From positions 320,001 to 384,000 of the forward strand of contig CAXXTC010000007.1 of NCBI GenBank assembly GCA_963666925.2: a stretch of DNA of 64,000 bases, in the 5' to 3' direction. Made by a program: the position numbers and the translations under genes. Below are positions 53,505 through 64,000 of the stretch, piece after piece. Under the pieces are notes generated by a model that did no database searches, was not told the DNA's origin, and saw only the letters and a list, made by a program, of their open reading frames with translations. This stretch comes from Phycisphaerae bacterium. GTDB lineage: Bacteria; Planctomycetota; Phycisphaerae; UBA1845; Fen-1342. Positions within the stretch are counted from its first letter, which is position 1. Each line of letters begins with the position of its first letter.

Positions 53505-55568
<2,064 letters not shown>

Positions 55569-55786
55569 TTGAGGCCTCCATGCGTATGCCGGCCCAGTGG
55601 CGTGCACCGGCTGCAAACGTGCCGGGCTTCTGGCGGGTTGCCGATTCGTTCACGGAATCGGCCGCCGGGTTGCGACCGGTAGCCTGCGCGGATTGCCGGG
55701 CAGCGTACCGGCGGACGTTGATTCGGGCGGCACTAACGCAGTCCCATACAATATCGGTCGCCCGCGTGCGTCTCTTTCGGTTCATT

Positions 55787-56260
55787 TCATGGTACGTTCT
55801 GGTCGGCGGTTGGTTCCTCGGCCAGTTCGTCGGGTGATGTTTCGGCGGTTCCGACGGAGCTGCTGCCGCAGGCCGGGCAGACGAGCTCGACGCCGGTGGC
55901 GTGGGGGATGAAATGCTCGCCACAGACTCGGCAGACCCAGACTTTTCGGCAGGAGCGCTCCCGGCATTTTGGGCAGGTGATGGGGAATGGTGTCCCTGGA
56001 GCGACCCTGACGACGTCCTCGTAGCCGCAGACGGTGCACTGGACGAGGACTGGGTATTTTCCGCCGACGTCCACCTCTTGGTGGGGCTTGAGGATCAGGT
56101 AGAGCACGATGGCGCCGAGGATCAGGACCAAGCCGGCGACGGCGGTGGCGATGCGTTTGCGGCGTTGGGCGCGGGCGTAGGCACCGACCATGATGTCGCC
56201 GCGGCGACGGGCAGCGCTGCTCAGTTTGGAGATGTCAAATGATGAGCGTGAGTTTCGCAC
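55787..56260 (-). CDS. Single-TM protein with four CxxC motifs (double zinc ribbon)
   Basis: CTVC, CPKC, CRVC and CPAC after a TM helix. Confidence 0.7.
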   Translation of the reverse strand: MRNSRSSFDISKLSSAARRRGDIMVGAYARAQRRKRIATAVAGLVLILGAIVLYLILKPHQEVDVGGKYPVLVQCTVCGYEDVVRVAPGTPFPITCPKCRERSCRKVWVCRVCGEHFIPHATGVELVCPACGSSSVGTAETSPDELAEEPTADQNVP

Positions 56261-56405
56261 GGGGCGCCTTCCGGGGGGTTCCGGTCATCGCCCTGATTAT
56301 ATCGACCAGGTGGCGGCTGGTCGCGTTCGGGGCGTTGGCACGGCTGTCTGGGGTGGCCTATGATGACGTGGCGGGGTGATGGCTGGTTGATTCGGGAGTG
56401 TCAAT

Positions 56406-56885
56406 ATGCGAGCACGGGTAGGTATCGGGTACGATTTGCACCGATTTGCGCCGGGGCGTGCGTTGAAGCTGGGCGGTGTGGAGATCGAGCACACGGAGGG
56501 GCTGCTGGGGCATAGCGACGCCGATGCGGTGCTGCACGCCCTGTGTGACGCTCTGCTGGGGGCGGCTGGCATCGGCGATATCGGGGAGTTGTATCCGGAT
56601 ACGGAGGCGGCCTGGAAAGATGCCGACAGTCGACAGTTTGTTATTGATGTTATGAAACGCGTGCGGGTGGCGGGGTTGCAGGTGTGCAACGCTGATTTGG
56701 TGGTGCACGCGGATCGGCCTCGGCTCGGCCCGCACAAGCTGCGCATGCGGGAGAGCGTGGCGGGTTTGCTGGGCATTGATATTGAGTGCGTGACGATCAA
56801 GGCGACCAGCAATGAGGGTTTGGACGCGATCGGGCGGGGCGAGGCGCTGGCGTGCTGGGTGGCGGTGTTGTTGGAGTCGGCGTAG
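56406..56885 (+). CDS. ispF: 2-C-methyl-D-erythritol 2,4-cyclodiphosphate synthase
   Basis: GIGYDLH, GHSDADAVLHALCDALLGA and KATSNEGL motifs. Confidence 0.97.
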   Translation: MRARVGIGYDLHRFAPGRALKLGGVEIEHTEGLLGHSDADAVLHALCDALLGAAGIGDIGELYPDTEAAWKDADSRQFVIDVMKRVRVAGLQVCNADLVVHADRPRLGPHKLRMRESVAGLLGIDIECVTIKATSNEGLDAIGRGEALACWVAVLLESA

Positions 56886-56960
56886 GGGGCGTGCGTGGAC
56901 CGCTGGTCGGGGTGGCGGTAGCATTCGCGTTTTCGAGGTGGTCGCCGGCGCGGGCGGCAC

Positions 56961-58097
56961 GTGCCGTTGGGATTTCGTAGTGAGAATGTAGTGACGTTGC
57001 TTGGCTGGTCGGTCCTGGAAGCGGTTACCCGGAATTGGGCGCTGGTTGGTATTGCGCTGACCATTATCACGCTGCTGGTCGTGCCGGCGTTGATCATACT
57101 GAAATACGTCCGCATTTCTCTGAATATCATGCGTACGACGAAGCCTCCGCTGGCGCGTGGGCCGCTGGATTATGATCGGCTGGATGGCCATCCAGTGAGC
57201 TTTCCATCGTTTGACGGACTGCCGCTGCAAGGGATGATCATACCGGCCGCCGGCAGCGGTCAGCGACGGGGGTTGATCATCTTCTCGCACGAGTTCTGTG
57301 CGGATATGCACACTTGTGCGCGTTACTGTCGGCCGCTGCGCGAGGCGGGCTACGATATTCTCACGTTTGATTTTCGGGGTCATGGCGAATCGACGGCCGG
57401 CCCGGGGTATACGCCGCGGCAGTGGGTTACGGATCGCGATCTGGACGACATGCGTGGTGCGGTGGCGTTTGCGGCTACGTGGCTGGAGGCGCAGGGTGCG
57501 CCGGCGGAAGTGGGGGCGTTCGGGATATCGCGCGGTGCCTGTGCGGCGATACTCGTTGGCGAAGAGGATCCGCGCATCAAGGCGATCGTGGCCGACGGGG
57601 CGTTCAGCACGGACACGACGATCGAATACTTCATGAAGCGCTGGGCGTACATCTTTGCCCGCGTGCGGATTGTGTACGAGAACCATCCGCCGGTGTTTTG
57701 GCGTTTTCTGCGGTGGTCGATGATGCACTTTGCCCGGCGGGAGTTTCGTTGCCGGTTTCCGTCGGTGCGCAAGGCGATTCGTCGCATGACGCCGCGGCCG
57801 ATGTTGTTCATCCACGGCGAGAAGGATTCGTATCTGCCGGTCGAGCAGAGTCGTCGGCTGTATGCGCTCGCCGGGCAGCCGAAGCTGCTGTGGGTGGCGC
57901 CGGGAGCTCGGCACAATCAGGCGGTTGTGCATCATCCGGCGACGTATGCCCGGCTGACGACGGCGTTCTTTGATCGGCACCTGGCGCGGGTGGCGCCCGG
58001 GTCGCCCGAGCAGCCGCTGGAGCGGGTCACGCGGATGCGGCTGGAGAGTCCGACGCAGGCGGCGCCTCAGGCGGTGCGCGTGACGTCACCGAACTGA
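56961..58097 (+). CDS. Membrane-anchored alpha/beta hydrolase
   Basis: N-terminal TM; FDFRGHGES, GISRG nucleophile, IHGEKDSY and GARHN motifs. Confidence 0.88.
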   Translation: MPLGFRSENVVTLLGWSVLEAVTRNWALVGIALTIITLLVVPALIILKYVRISLNIMRTTKPPLARGPLDYDRLDGHPVSFPSFDGLPLQGMIIPAAGSGQRRGLIIFSHEFCADMHTCARYCRPLREAGYDILTFDFRGHGESTAGPGYTPRQWVTDRDLDDMRGAVAFAATWLEAQGAPAEVGAFGISRGACAAILVGEEDPRIKAIVADGAFSTDTTIEYFMKRWAYIFARVRIVYENHPPVFWRFLRWSMMHFARREFRCRFPSVRKAIRRMTPRPMLFIHGEKDSYLPVEQSRRLYALAGQPKLLWVAPGARHNQAVVHHPATYARLTTAFFDRHLARVAPGSPEQPLERVTRMRLESPTQAAPQAVRVTSPN

Positions 58098-58118
58098 GCC
58101 GCACCGGCCAGGTAGCTC

Positions 58119-59774
58119 ATGGCCACTTTCCTGGAACATCTGGCGGCCCGCGTGGCGTATCAGCACGCGCAACGCGTCTATCGACGCTTTGTGGCGACGC
58201 TGGGGGACTTGGCGGGCAGTGAGCAACGGGCATTGCGGCGGGCGCTGAGCGTGGTGCGCGGCAGCGAGTTGGCTCGCCGACATGGGCTGGACCGCGTGCG
58301 CAGCATCGTCGACCTGCGCCGGGCGCTGCCATTGATGACGTATGACGATTATCGGCCGATCATCGACCGCGTGTGTGACGGCGCGGTTGGGGAGCTGTTT
58401 TCACGCGGTACCCGGCTGCACATGTTCGCGACCTCGAGCGGAACCACCGCGGCGCCCAAGCGTGTGCCCGTGACGGGCGCGTTTGTCGAGGACTATCGCC
58501 GGGGGTGGAACACGTTCGGGCTGAAAATGCTGAGCGATCATCCGGAGGCGGTGCTGCGGGCGATTCTGCAATCGTCGGGGCGCCATGATGTTGACCGGAC
58601 ACCCGCTGGCGTGCCCTGCGGCGCGATTACCGGACTGCTAGCACGGACGCAGAAGCGAATCGTGCGGCGGTTCTATGTAGGCAGGCCGGAGATCGCGCAT
58701 ATTGATGATCCGAGCGGGCGGTATTACGCGTTGATGCGGCTGGGCGTGCAGCGCGACGTGGCCTTTGCCGTGACGGCCAACCCGGCCACGCTGATCCAGA
58801 TGGCTCGCACGGCCGACGAGCAGAGCGAGACGCTGATACGGGATGTGCGTGATGGCACGCTGACGCCGACGATGGTGCCCGAGCAGTACGTGCGGCAGGT
58901 GCTCAGTGCAAAATTGCGACCCGACCCGGCCCGGGCGGCGGAGCTAGAGCGATTGCGGGCCGAGCACGGGCAGCTTCGCCCGCGGGACTATTGGAGCATC
59001 GCGTTCGTGGCGTGTTGGATCGGCGGCAGCTTGGGGCATTATCTGCAACGTTTGCGGCAGTGGTGGGGTGAGGTGCCGGTGCGGGACGTCGGCCTGCTGG
59101 CGAGCGAGGGGCGTGTCAGTATTCCGCTGGAGGATAACACGCCGGTGGGGGTGCTGGACGTGACCAGCGGGGTGTTCGAGTTCATACCGGCGGATCAGGA
59201 GCAGCAGGCGCAACCCGAGACACTGGGGCCGGCGGAGGTGGTCGCGGGCGGCGAATATGTCGTTGTGCTGAGCAACACCAGCGGGCTGCTGCGTTATCGG
59301 CTGGGGGACGTGGTGCGGGTGCACGGGCGACTGGGGGCGACGCCGCTGGTGGAGTTTCTGCATCGGGCGGGGCGGGTGGCCTCGGTGGCGGGCGAGAAGC
59401 TGACCGAGCATCAGGTGACCAGCGCGGTTCAGATGGCGTGCGAGGAGTTGGGGATCGCGGAATGTGATTTCATTATTGCGCCACGCTGGGACGACCCGCC
59501 GCACTATGTGCTGCGTTGTACCGCGGCTCAGGAGACGCTCGCGCCGGCGGTTGATGGTGCGCTGTGCCGACAGAACGAGGAGTACGCGTCGCGGCGTCGC
59601 TCGCAACGGTTGGGCCCGCTGGTAAGCGTGAAGCTGGCGCCGGTGGAGCTGGCGGCGTGGGATCGGCGGCTGCGTGAGACGCGGCGCGGGGCGGCTGAGC
59701 AATTCAAGCGGCCCTGCCTGCTGACGACGCCCGAGGAGCATGAGCTGCATTTCCCGGAGGCGGGTGGTTCGTGA
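58119..59774 (+). CDS. GH3-family acyl-adenylating amido synthetase
   Basis: TSSGTT..PK, ASEG, FEFIP, GLLRYRLGDVV and GEKLTE motifs. Confidence 0.9.
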   Translation: MATFLEHLAARVAYQHAQRVYRRFVATLGDLAGSEQRALRRALSVVRGSELARRHGLDRVRSIVDLRRALPLMTYDDYRPIIDRVCDGAVGELFSRGTRLHMFATSSGTTAAPKRVPVTGAFVEDYRRGWNTFGLKMLSDHPEAVLRAILQSSGRHDVDRTPAGVPCGAITGLLARTQKRIVRRFYVGRPEIAHIDDPSGRYYALMRLGVQRDVAFAVTANPATLIQMARTADEQSETLIRDVRDGTLTPTMVPEQYVRQVLSAKLRPDPARAAELERLRAEHGQLRPRDYWSIAFVACWIGGSLGHYLQRLRQWWGEVPVRDVGLLASEGRVSIPLEDNTPVGVLDVTSGVFEFIPADQEQQAQPETLGPAEVVAGGEYVVVLSNTSGLLRYRLGDVVRVHGRLGATPLVEFLHRAGRVASVAGEKLTEHQVTSAVQMACEELGIAECDFIIAPRWDDPPHYVLRCTAAQETLAPAVDGALCRQNEEYASRRRSQRLGPLVSVKLAPVELAAWDRRLRETRRGAAEQFKRPCLLTTPEEHELHFPEAGGS

Positions 59775-59790
59775 GAGTAGGGGGGCGGCG

Positions 59791-59819
59791 TTGACACGAT
59801 CCGTAGCGGGGCGGACACT
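59791..59819 (+). promoter_or_regulatory. Putative sigma70 promoter TTGACA-N17-GACACT, possibly giving a leaderless cls mRNA
   Basis: Perfect -35 hexamer; the A of the ATG lies 7 nt after the -10; no SD. Confidence 0.45.
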
Positions 59820-59825
59820 GGCATC

Positions 59826-61274
59826 ATGACGCGGGTCTGGTTGTACGCACTGGCCGTGCACGTATTGCTCGCGCTGGTCCTGGTAGTGCGGGTACTACGC
59901 CGGCGGCGTGAGCCGGTGGCGATGGTGGCGTGGATATTCGCCATCGTGACGCTGCCGGGTGTGGGGGCGTTCTGTTACTGGATGCTGGCGTCGAATCGTC
60001 TGCGGCGCAAGGTGAAGCGGCGTCAGCGGCGTGTGGCGGCGTTATTGGGTCAGCTTCAGGATCGCGGGCAGCGCTGCGAGCAGGCGCTGGCTGGCGGTGG
60101 GGCGGGCGAGCTTGCGTCCGATTTGCAGGCGATTGAGCAGTTGGCCTGTCGGCTGGGTGATATGCCCGCGATCGGGGGCAACCGCGTGTGTCTGCTGACG
60201 GAGGCGAACGCGACCTACGCTGCCCTGGAGCAGGCTCTGCGCGACGCGCGTGAGCACATCAACCTGGAGTACTACGTCTGGCGTGATGACGAGACGGGGC
60301 GGGCGTTTGGGGATCTGCTGTGCGAGAAGGCGGCGGAGGGCGTCGAGTGCCGGCTGTTGCTGGACGCGGTCGGGTGCTGGCAACTGGGGCGCGGGTTTAT
60401 CCGCCGGCTGGTTGATGCGGGCGTGCGCGTGGCGTTTTTCCTGCCGATTCACCCGTTTCGGCTACGCAAACGCTGGAGCGTGCACCTGCGGAACCACCGC
60501 AAGATTGCGGTAGTGGACGGGGTGACCGCGCTGGTTGGGAGCCAGAACATCGGGGACGAGTACCGGGGGCGCAAGAAGCGGCTCAGTCCGTGGTTCGATA
60601 CGCACATGCGCATCGATGGGCCGGCGGCGCTGTTTCTGCAACAGGTGTTTGCAGAGGATTGGTACCTGGCGGCACGCGAGCGGCTGGATCAGGGTGCTTA
60701 TTTCCCGGCGCCACAGTCGCGTGGTGAATCAGTGGTGCAGGTGCTGCCGAGCGGGCCGGACATGGGCGTCAATGCGCTGGGGCAGGTGTTGTTTGCGGCC
60801 GTGTCGGCGGCGCGCGAGTCGGTACGCATGGCCACGCCTTATTTTGTGCCGGACGCGGCGTTGCGTTGGGCGCTGACTTATGCGTGTTATCGGGGCGTGC
60901 GTGTGCGTCTGGTACTGCCGACGCGGAGCGATTCGCAACTGGCGCTGTTGGCGGCGCGGAGTTTTTATCCGGAGCTGCTCAATGCGGGAGTTGAGATCCA
61001 CGAATACGACGCGGGCGTGCTGCACTCGAAGCTGGTGACAGTGGATGAGCGTTGGGGCATGCTGGGGTCGGCGAACATGGATGCGCGCAGCTTTCGGCTG
61101 AACTTTGAGATTACGGCACTGATCTATGACCCCGGGGTGGTGGGGGAGATGGTCCGATATATCGACAAGTATTGCGAGCAGGCTCGGCGGGTGTCGCAGC
61201 GGGAAGTGTGGCAGCGGGGGATGGTGCGACAGGTGGGTGAGGGGGCGGCCCGGCTGTTTGCTCCGTTGCTGTAA
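59826..61274 (+). CDS. cls: Cardiolipin synthase
   Basis: Two N-terminal TM segments; two HKD motifs (NHRKIAVVD, LHSKLVTVD). Confidence 0.93.
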   Translation: MTRVWLYALAVHVLLALVLVVRVLRRRREPVAMVAWIFAIVTLPGVGAFCYWMLASNRLRRKVKRRQRRVAALLGQLQDRGQRCEQALAGGGAGELASDLQAIEQLACRLGDMPAIGGNRVCLLTEANATYAALEQALRDAREHINLEYYVWRDDETGRAFGDLLCEKAAEGVECRLLLDAVGCWQLGRGFIRRLVDAGVRVAFFLPIHPFRLRKRWSVHLRNHRKIAVVDGVTALVGSQNIGDEYRGRKKRLSPWFDTHMRIDGPAALFLQQVFAEDWYLAARERLDQGAYFPAPQSRGESVVQVLPSGPDMGVNALGQVLFAAVSAARESVRMATPYFVPDAALRWALTYACYRGVRVRLVLPTRSDSQLALLAARSFYPELLNAGVEIHEYDAGVLHSKLVTVDERWGMLGSANMDARSFRLNFEITALIYDPGVVGEMVRYIDKYCEQARRVSQREVWQRGMVRQVGEGAARLFAPLL

Positions 61275-61278
61275 AAGA

Positions 61279-61322
61279 ACGCCAGCCGCCCTCCGGCAGA
61301 TAACCGAGGGGCGGCTGGCGTT
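61279..61322. terminator. Bidirectional terminator between cls and flagellin
   Basis: AACGCCAGCCGCCC/GGGCGGCTGGCGTT stem. Confidence 0.75.
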
Positions 61323-61357
61323 AGTTCCGTAGGCTTCGGAGGCGAGCGAGCGCGTGT

Positions 61358-62791
61358 TTAGCCGATGAGGGCCAGGACGTTTTGTGGCTGTGCGTTGGCC
61401 AGTTGCAGCACGTTGGTGGCGGACTGGACCAGGATCTGTGCCCGGGTCAGGCTGCTCGTCTCTTCGGCGAAGTCGGTGTCTCGCAGGATGCTCTCGGCGC
61501 TGGCCACGTTCTCGTACTGTATAGCAAGTGAGTTGGCGTTGGTCTCGAGGGTGTTCTTCTGGAACGACCCGAGCCGGCCGCGGAGCGTGGCGATCTGGGA
61601 GAGCGCGTTTCGGACGATGTTCTGGGCGCTGTTGAAATCGCCGGTGGCCATGTCGTAGTCTTCGCCGGATCCGATCTGGTACAGGTATCCGGTGTTTCCG
61701 TCGCCGAGCGATGAGGTGCTCACCGAGTCGATGCCGATGGATGCGAGGCCGTTGAGGTCGAGCTTCGGCGCGATGGCGAAGTCGGCTCCGCCGCCGGTGA
61801 TGCCGAAGCGTGAGGTGCCGCCGGCGGCGCTGGCGCCGAAGGCGGTTGCGAGTGTGATAGTGGCGTCGAGAGTGGATGTGCGGACGTTGAGCTTGAGGCC
61901 GTCGGCGGTAACGGACTGGCCGTTGACGGTTGCGACAGCGTCTTCGCCTTCGTCGTAGAACTCGGGGGAGCTGCCGCCGCCGACCATGGTCCACTGGGTG
62001 GCGGTGTCGTCGAGGATCTTGACCTTGACGTACTCGTCGGATCCGTAGTTTACGCTACGGATGACGATACCGACGCCAGCCTGTGAGGCCTCAATACCGG
62101 TGAGGTCTGAGGACTGGTTGATGGCGGTGATGATATCTGCGGAGGCGGTGGACGCGAAGGTCAGGCGTTCGGTACCGAGCTTGCCGCTGATTTCGATCGT
62201 TACCGGGTCGGCGGTGATGCTGCCGCCGGTGAAGCTCAGGGTTGCCTGAGAGGCCGCACTGGTAATATCGACGGCCACCGTTCGGCTGCCGCCGTCGGGT
62301 ACGCGTGCGGTATTAAGCTGAAGATGTGCGATATTGTCGGCGGAGACTCCGGAGGTCGTGTAGGCCAGGTCTCCGGCGAGGAGCTTACGGCCCTGGAGCT
62401 CGGTGGAGTTTGCGATTCGGTTGATCGAGTTCAGGATGAGGTCGATTTCCTGCTGATTGGCATCGCGTTCCTCATCACTGATGCCGGCCTCGTTGGCCGA
62501 GCGATCGACCAGGTCCTCAAGATCGTTGAGGAGTGTGTTGATTTCGGACAGTCCGGATTCGGCGACCGAAATGACGTTGATAGCGCGGGAGACGTTGGTC
62601 TGCGCGGCCTGGATGGCGCTCATCTCGGCCCGCATGGTCTCCGACGCGATCAGTCCTGACGGGTCGTCCTTTCCGCTGTTGATCCGCAGGCCGGTGCTCA
62701 ACCGCTCGAGCGAGAGGTTCAGCTGAGCATTCTGCTTCGTCAGAATGCGCTGCGCCGTGATGGACGAGATGTTCGTGTTGATGCGACTCAT
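61358..62791 (-). CDS. fliC: Flagellin
   Basis: MSRINTN...LERLSTGLRINSGKDDPSG; C-terminal RDTDFAEETSSLTRAQIL. Confidence 0.97.
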   Translation of the reverse strand: MSRINTNISSITAQRILTKQNAQLNLSLERLSTGLRINSGKDDPSGLIASETMRAEMSAIQAAQTNVSRAINVISVAESGLSEINTLLNDLEDLVDRSANEAGISDEERDANQQEIDLILNSINRIANSTELQGRKLLAGDLAYTTSGVSADNIAHLQLNTARVPDGGSRTVAVDITSAASQATLSFTGGSITADPVTIEISGKLGTERLTFASTASADIITAINQSSDLTGIEASQAGVGIVIRSVNYGSDEYVKVKILDDTATQWTMVGGGSSPEFYDEGEDAVATVNGQSVTADGLKLNVRTSTLDATITLATAFGASAAGGTSRFGITGGGADFAIAPKLDLNGLASIGIDSVSTSSLGDGNTGYLYQIGSGEDYDMATGDFNSAQNIVRNALSQIATLRGRLGSFQKNTLETNANSLAIQYENVASAESILRDTDFAEETSSLTRAQILVQSATNVLQLANAQPQNVLALIG

Positions 62792-62925
62792 TGCTCTGCG
62801 CCTCCAAGGGCGGCAAACCCGCGGTTAGTTTAGGTCCGCGATGGGTACAGCCGCAGCCTACTACGTAAACGGACTTCCGCGGCGGTTCCTGTGACCACCG
62901 TGTTAATCCACGCGTCACAATGGGG

Positions 62926-62953
62926 GGATCGACTTGAGTCCGGTGGGGCTTTA
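62926..62953 (-). promoter_or_regulatory. Putative sigma-28 promoter TAAA-N16-GTCGATCC
   Basis: Resembles TAAA-N15/16-GCCGATAA, about 135 nt upstream of flagellin. Confidence 0.6.
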
Positions 62954-63093
62954 ATTAACACAGTATGGGTGTGGGGTAAGCGAGGTGAATAGAAGTGGGG
63001 TGGTGGCGTGGTTGGGGTGGTGGTGTGGCGGAGATCGTCCGGGCCGGGAGATTATGAGACTCCCGGCCCGGTCGAAATCCGGGTTGTGAGCGA

Positions 63094-64000
63094 TTATCCG
63101 CCCAGCAAAGCCAGTACGGATTGTGTGGTTTGGTTCGCCAGCGTGAGGATTGTAGTGCCGGCGTTGACCAGGACCTGGTCGCGGGCCAGGTTGGAGGTTT
63201 CCTCCGCGAAGTCAGCGTCACGAATGGCGGACTGGGCCGCGGTTAGGTTTTCCTTGGTGATACCGAGCTGATTCATATTGGTATCGAGCGTGTTGCGTTC
63301 GAATGAGCCGAGTCGTCCGCGCAGCATCGAGATCTGATCGATGGCGGCCTGGACGATCTTGGATGCGTCGTTGTAACGCGTGTCCTCCGCCGTCAGCGAG
63401 AATTCGCCGCCGGTCTTGATCTGTGCCAGTGTACCGACCTCGGCTTCACCGAGTTGTGTGGCGGTGACCGAGTCGATGGCCATGTTGACCTGGAGGTTGG
63501 TGTTGACGCGTGGACCGACCTGGAAGAGGGCGCCGCCGCCGGTGATATCGAAGCTGGTATTGCTGGCCCAGCCGGCTTCGAGGTTCATTTCGAGATCGAT
63601 CAGGGCGTTCTTAATTGAGAGGTGGTTGCCCTTGGCGGCCGCGGCGGCGCCGTTGATTGTAGCGTTGGCGTTGGTGCCATAATCCTCGACCGCTGCGGTC
63701 CCGGTGCCGACCGCTACCGTGTCGAACGAGCCGGTGTCACTGAGAACGCGGACTGAGACGAGTTCGCTGCTGCCGTAGGTTGAGCTGTAGAGGGTCAGTC
63801 CGGAAGCGGTGGCGGCGGCGAGTGAGGCCTCGATTCCGGTGGCGTCGGTGACGGTGTTGATGGCTTCGGCGATGTCGGCCGCGGAGGTTCCGCCGGCGAA
63901 CTGGAGGACGGTGGCGCCTTCGGGCCCGCGGACCTCGATCGTTACGTCGCTGGTGGCGGCGAGGGCGGCGTAGGGGAACTGTAGCTGGGCCTGTTCGGCA
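63094..64000 (-). CDS. fliC: Second flagellin (3' part; runs off the window end)
   Basis: C-terminal LRGRLGSFERNTL...IRDADFAEETSNLARDQVL. Confidence 0.93.
   Translation of the reverse strand, partial: AEQAQLQFPYAALAATSDVTIEVRGPEGATVLQFAGGTSAADIAEAINTVTDATGIEASLAAATASGLTLYSSTYGSSELVSVRVLSDTGSFDTVAVGTGTAAVEDYGTNANATINGAAAAAKGNHLSIKNALIDLEMNLEAGWASNTSFDITGGGALFQVGPRVNTNLQVNMAIDSVTATQLGEAEVGTLAQIKTGGEFSLTAEDTRYNDASKIVQAAIDQISMLRGRLGSFERNTLDTNMNQLGITKENLTAAQSAIRDADFAEETSNLARDQVLVNAGTTILTLANQTTQSVLALLGG

Overview
High-GC bacterial chromosome segment, most consistent with a flagellated, probably anaerobic planctomycete (Phycisphaerae-like). This is inferred from the PEP-CTERM proteins, the C-terminal GDxDxDGDVD dockerin-like domains and the GTGG-hairpin REP families. 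Housekeeping and metabolic genes: lepA, acyl-CoA dehydrogenase, propionyl-CoA synthetase, ThiF/MoeB, dGTPase, cyclophilin, purC, fliA, rpsA, a B12 acyl-CoA mutase, ferredoxin, an ABC transporter, prkA-yeaH, ispF, cls and two flagellins. Main observations: (1) two 'separate' ORFs at 15945-18359 are one frame joined by an in-frame TGA in a CDYG-UGA motif, followed by a SECIS-like GUGCC-GGUCA-GGCAC hairpin, a candidate new secreted beta-helix selenoprotein that also carries REP palindromes in frame; (2) a complete IS1111-type (IS110) bridge-recombinase element inserted into a REP palindrome, with target and donor guide sequences readable in its 3' non-coding end; (3) a parent-less array of Rhs toxin/immunity cassettes next to tRNA-Val; (4) an isolated Mad3/Mad4-like ATPase defence pair; (5) a MITE-like repeat that splits a lipoprotein start and supplies a new one. 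Many genes carry single-base frameshifts, most likely assembly errors. All calls come from reading the sequence; no searches were run.
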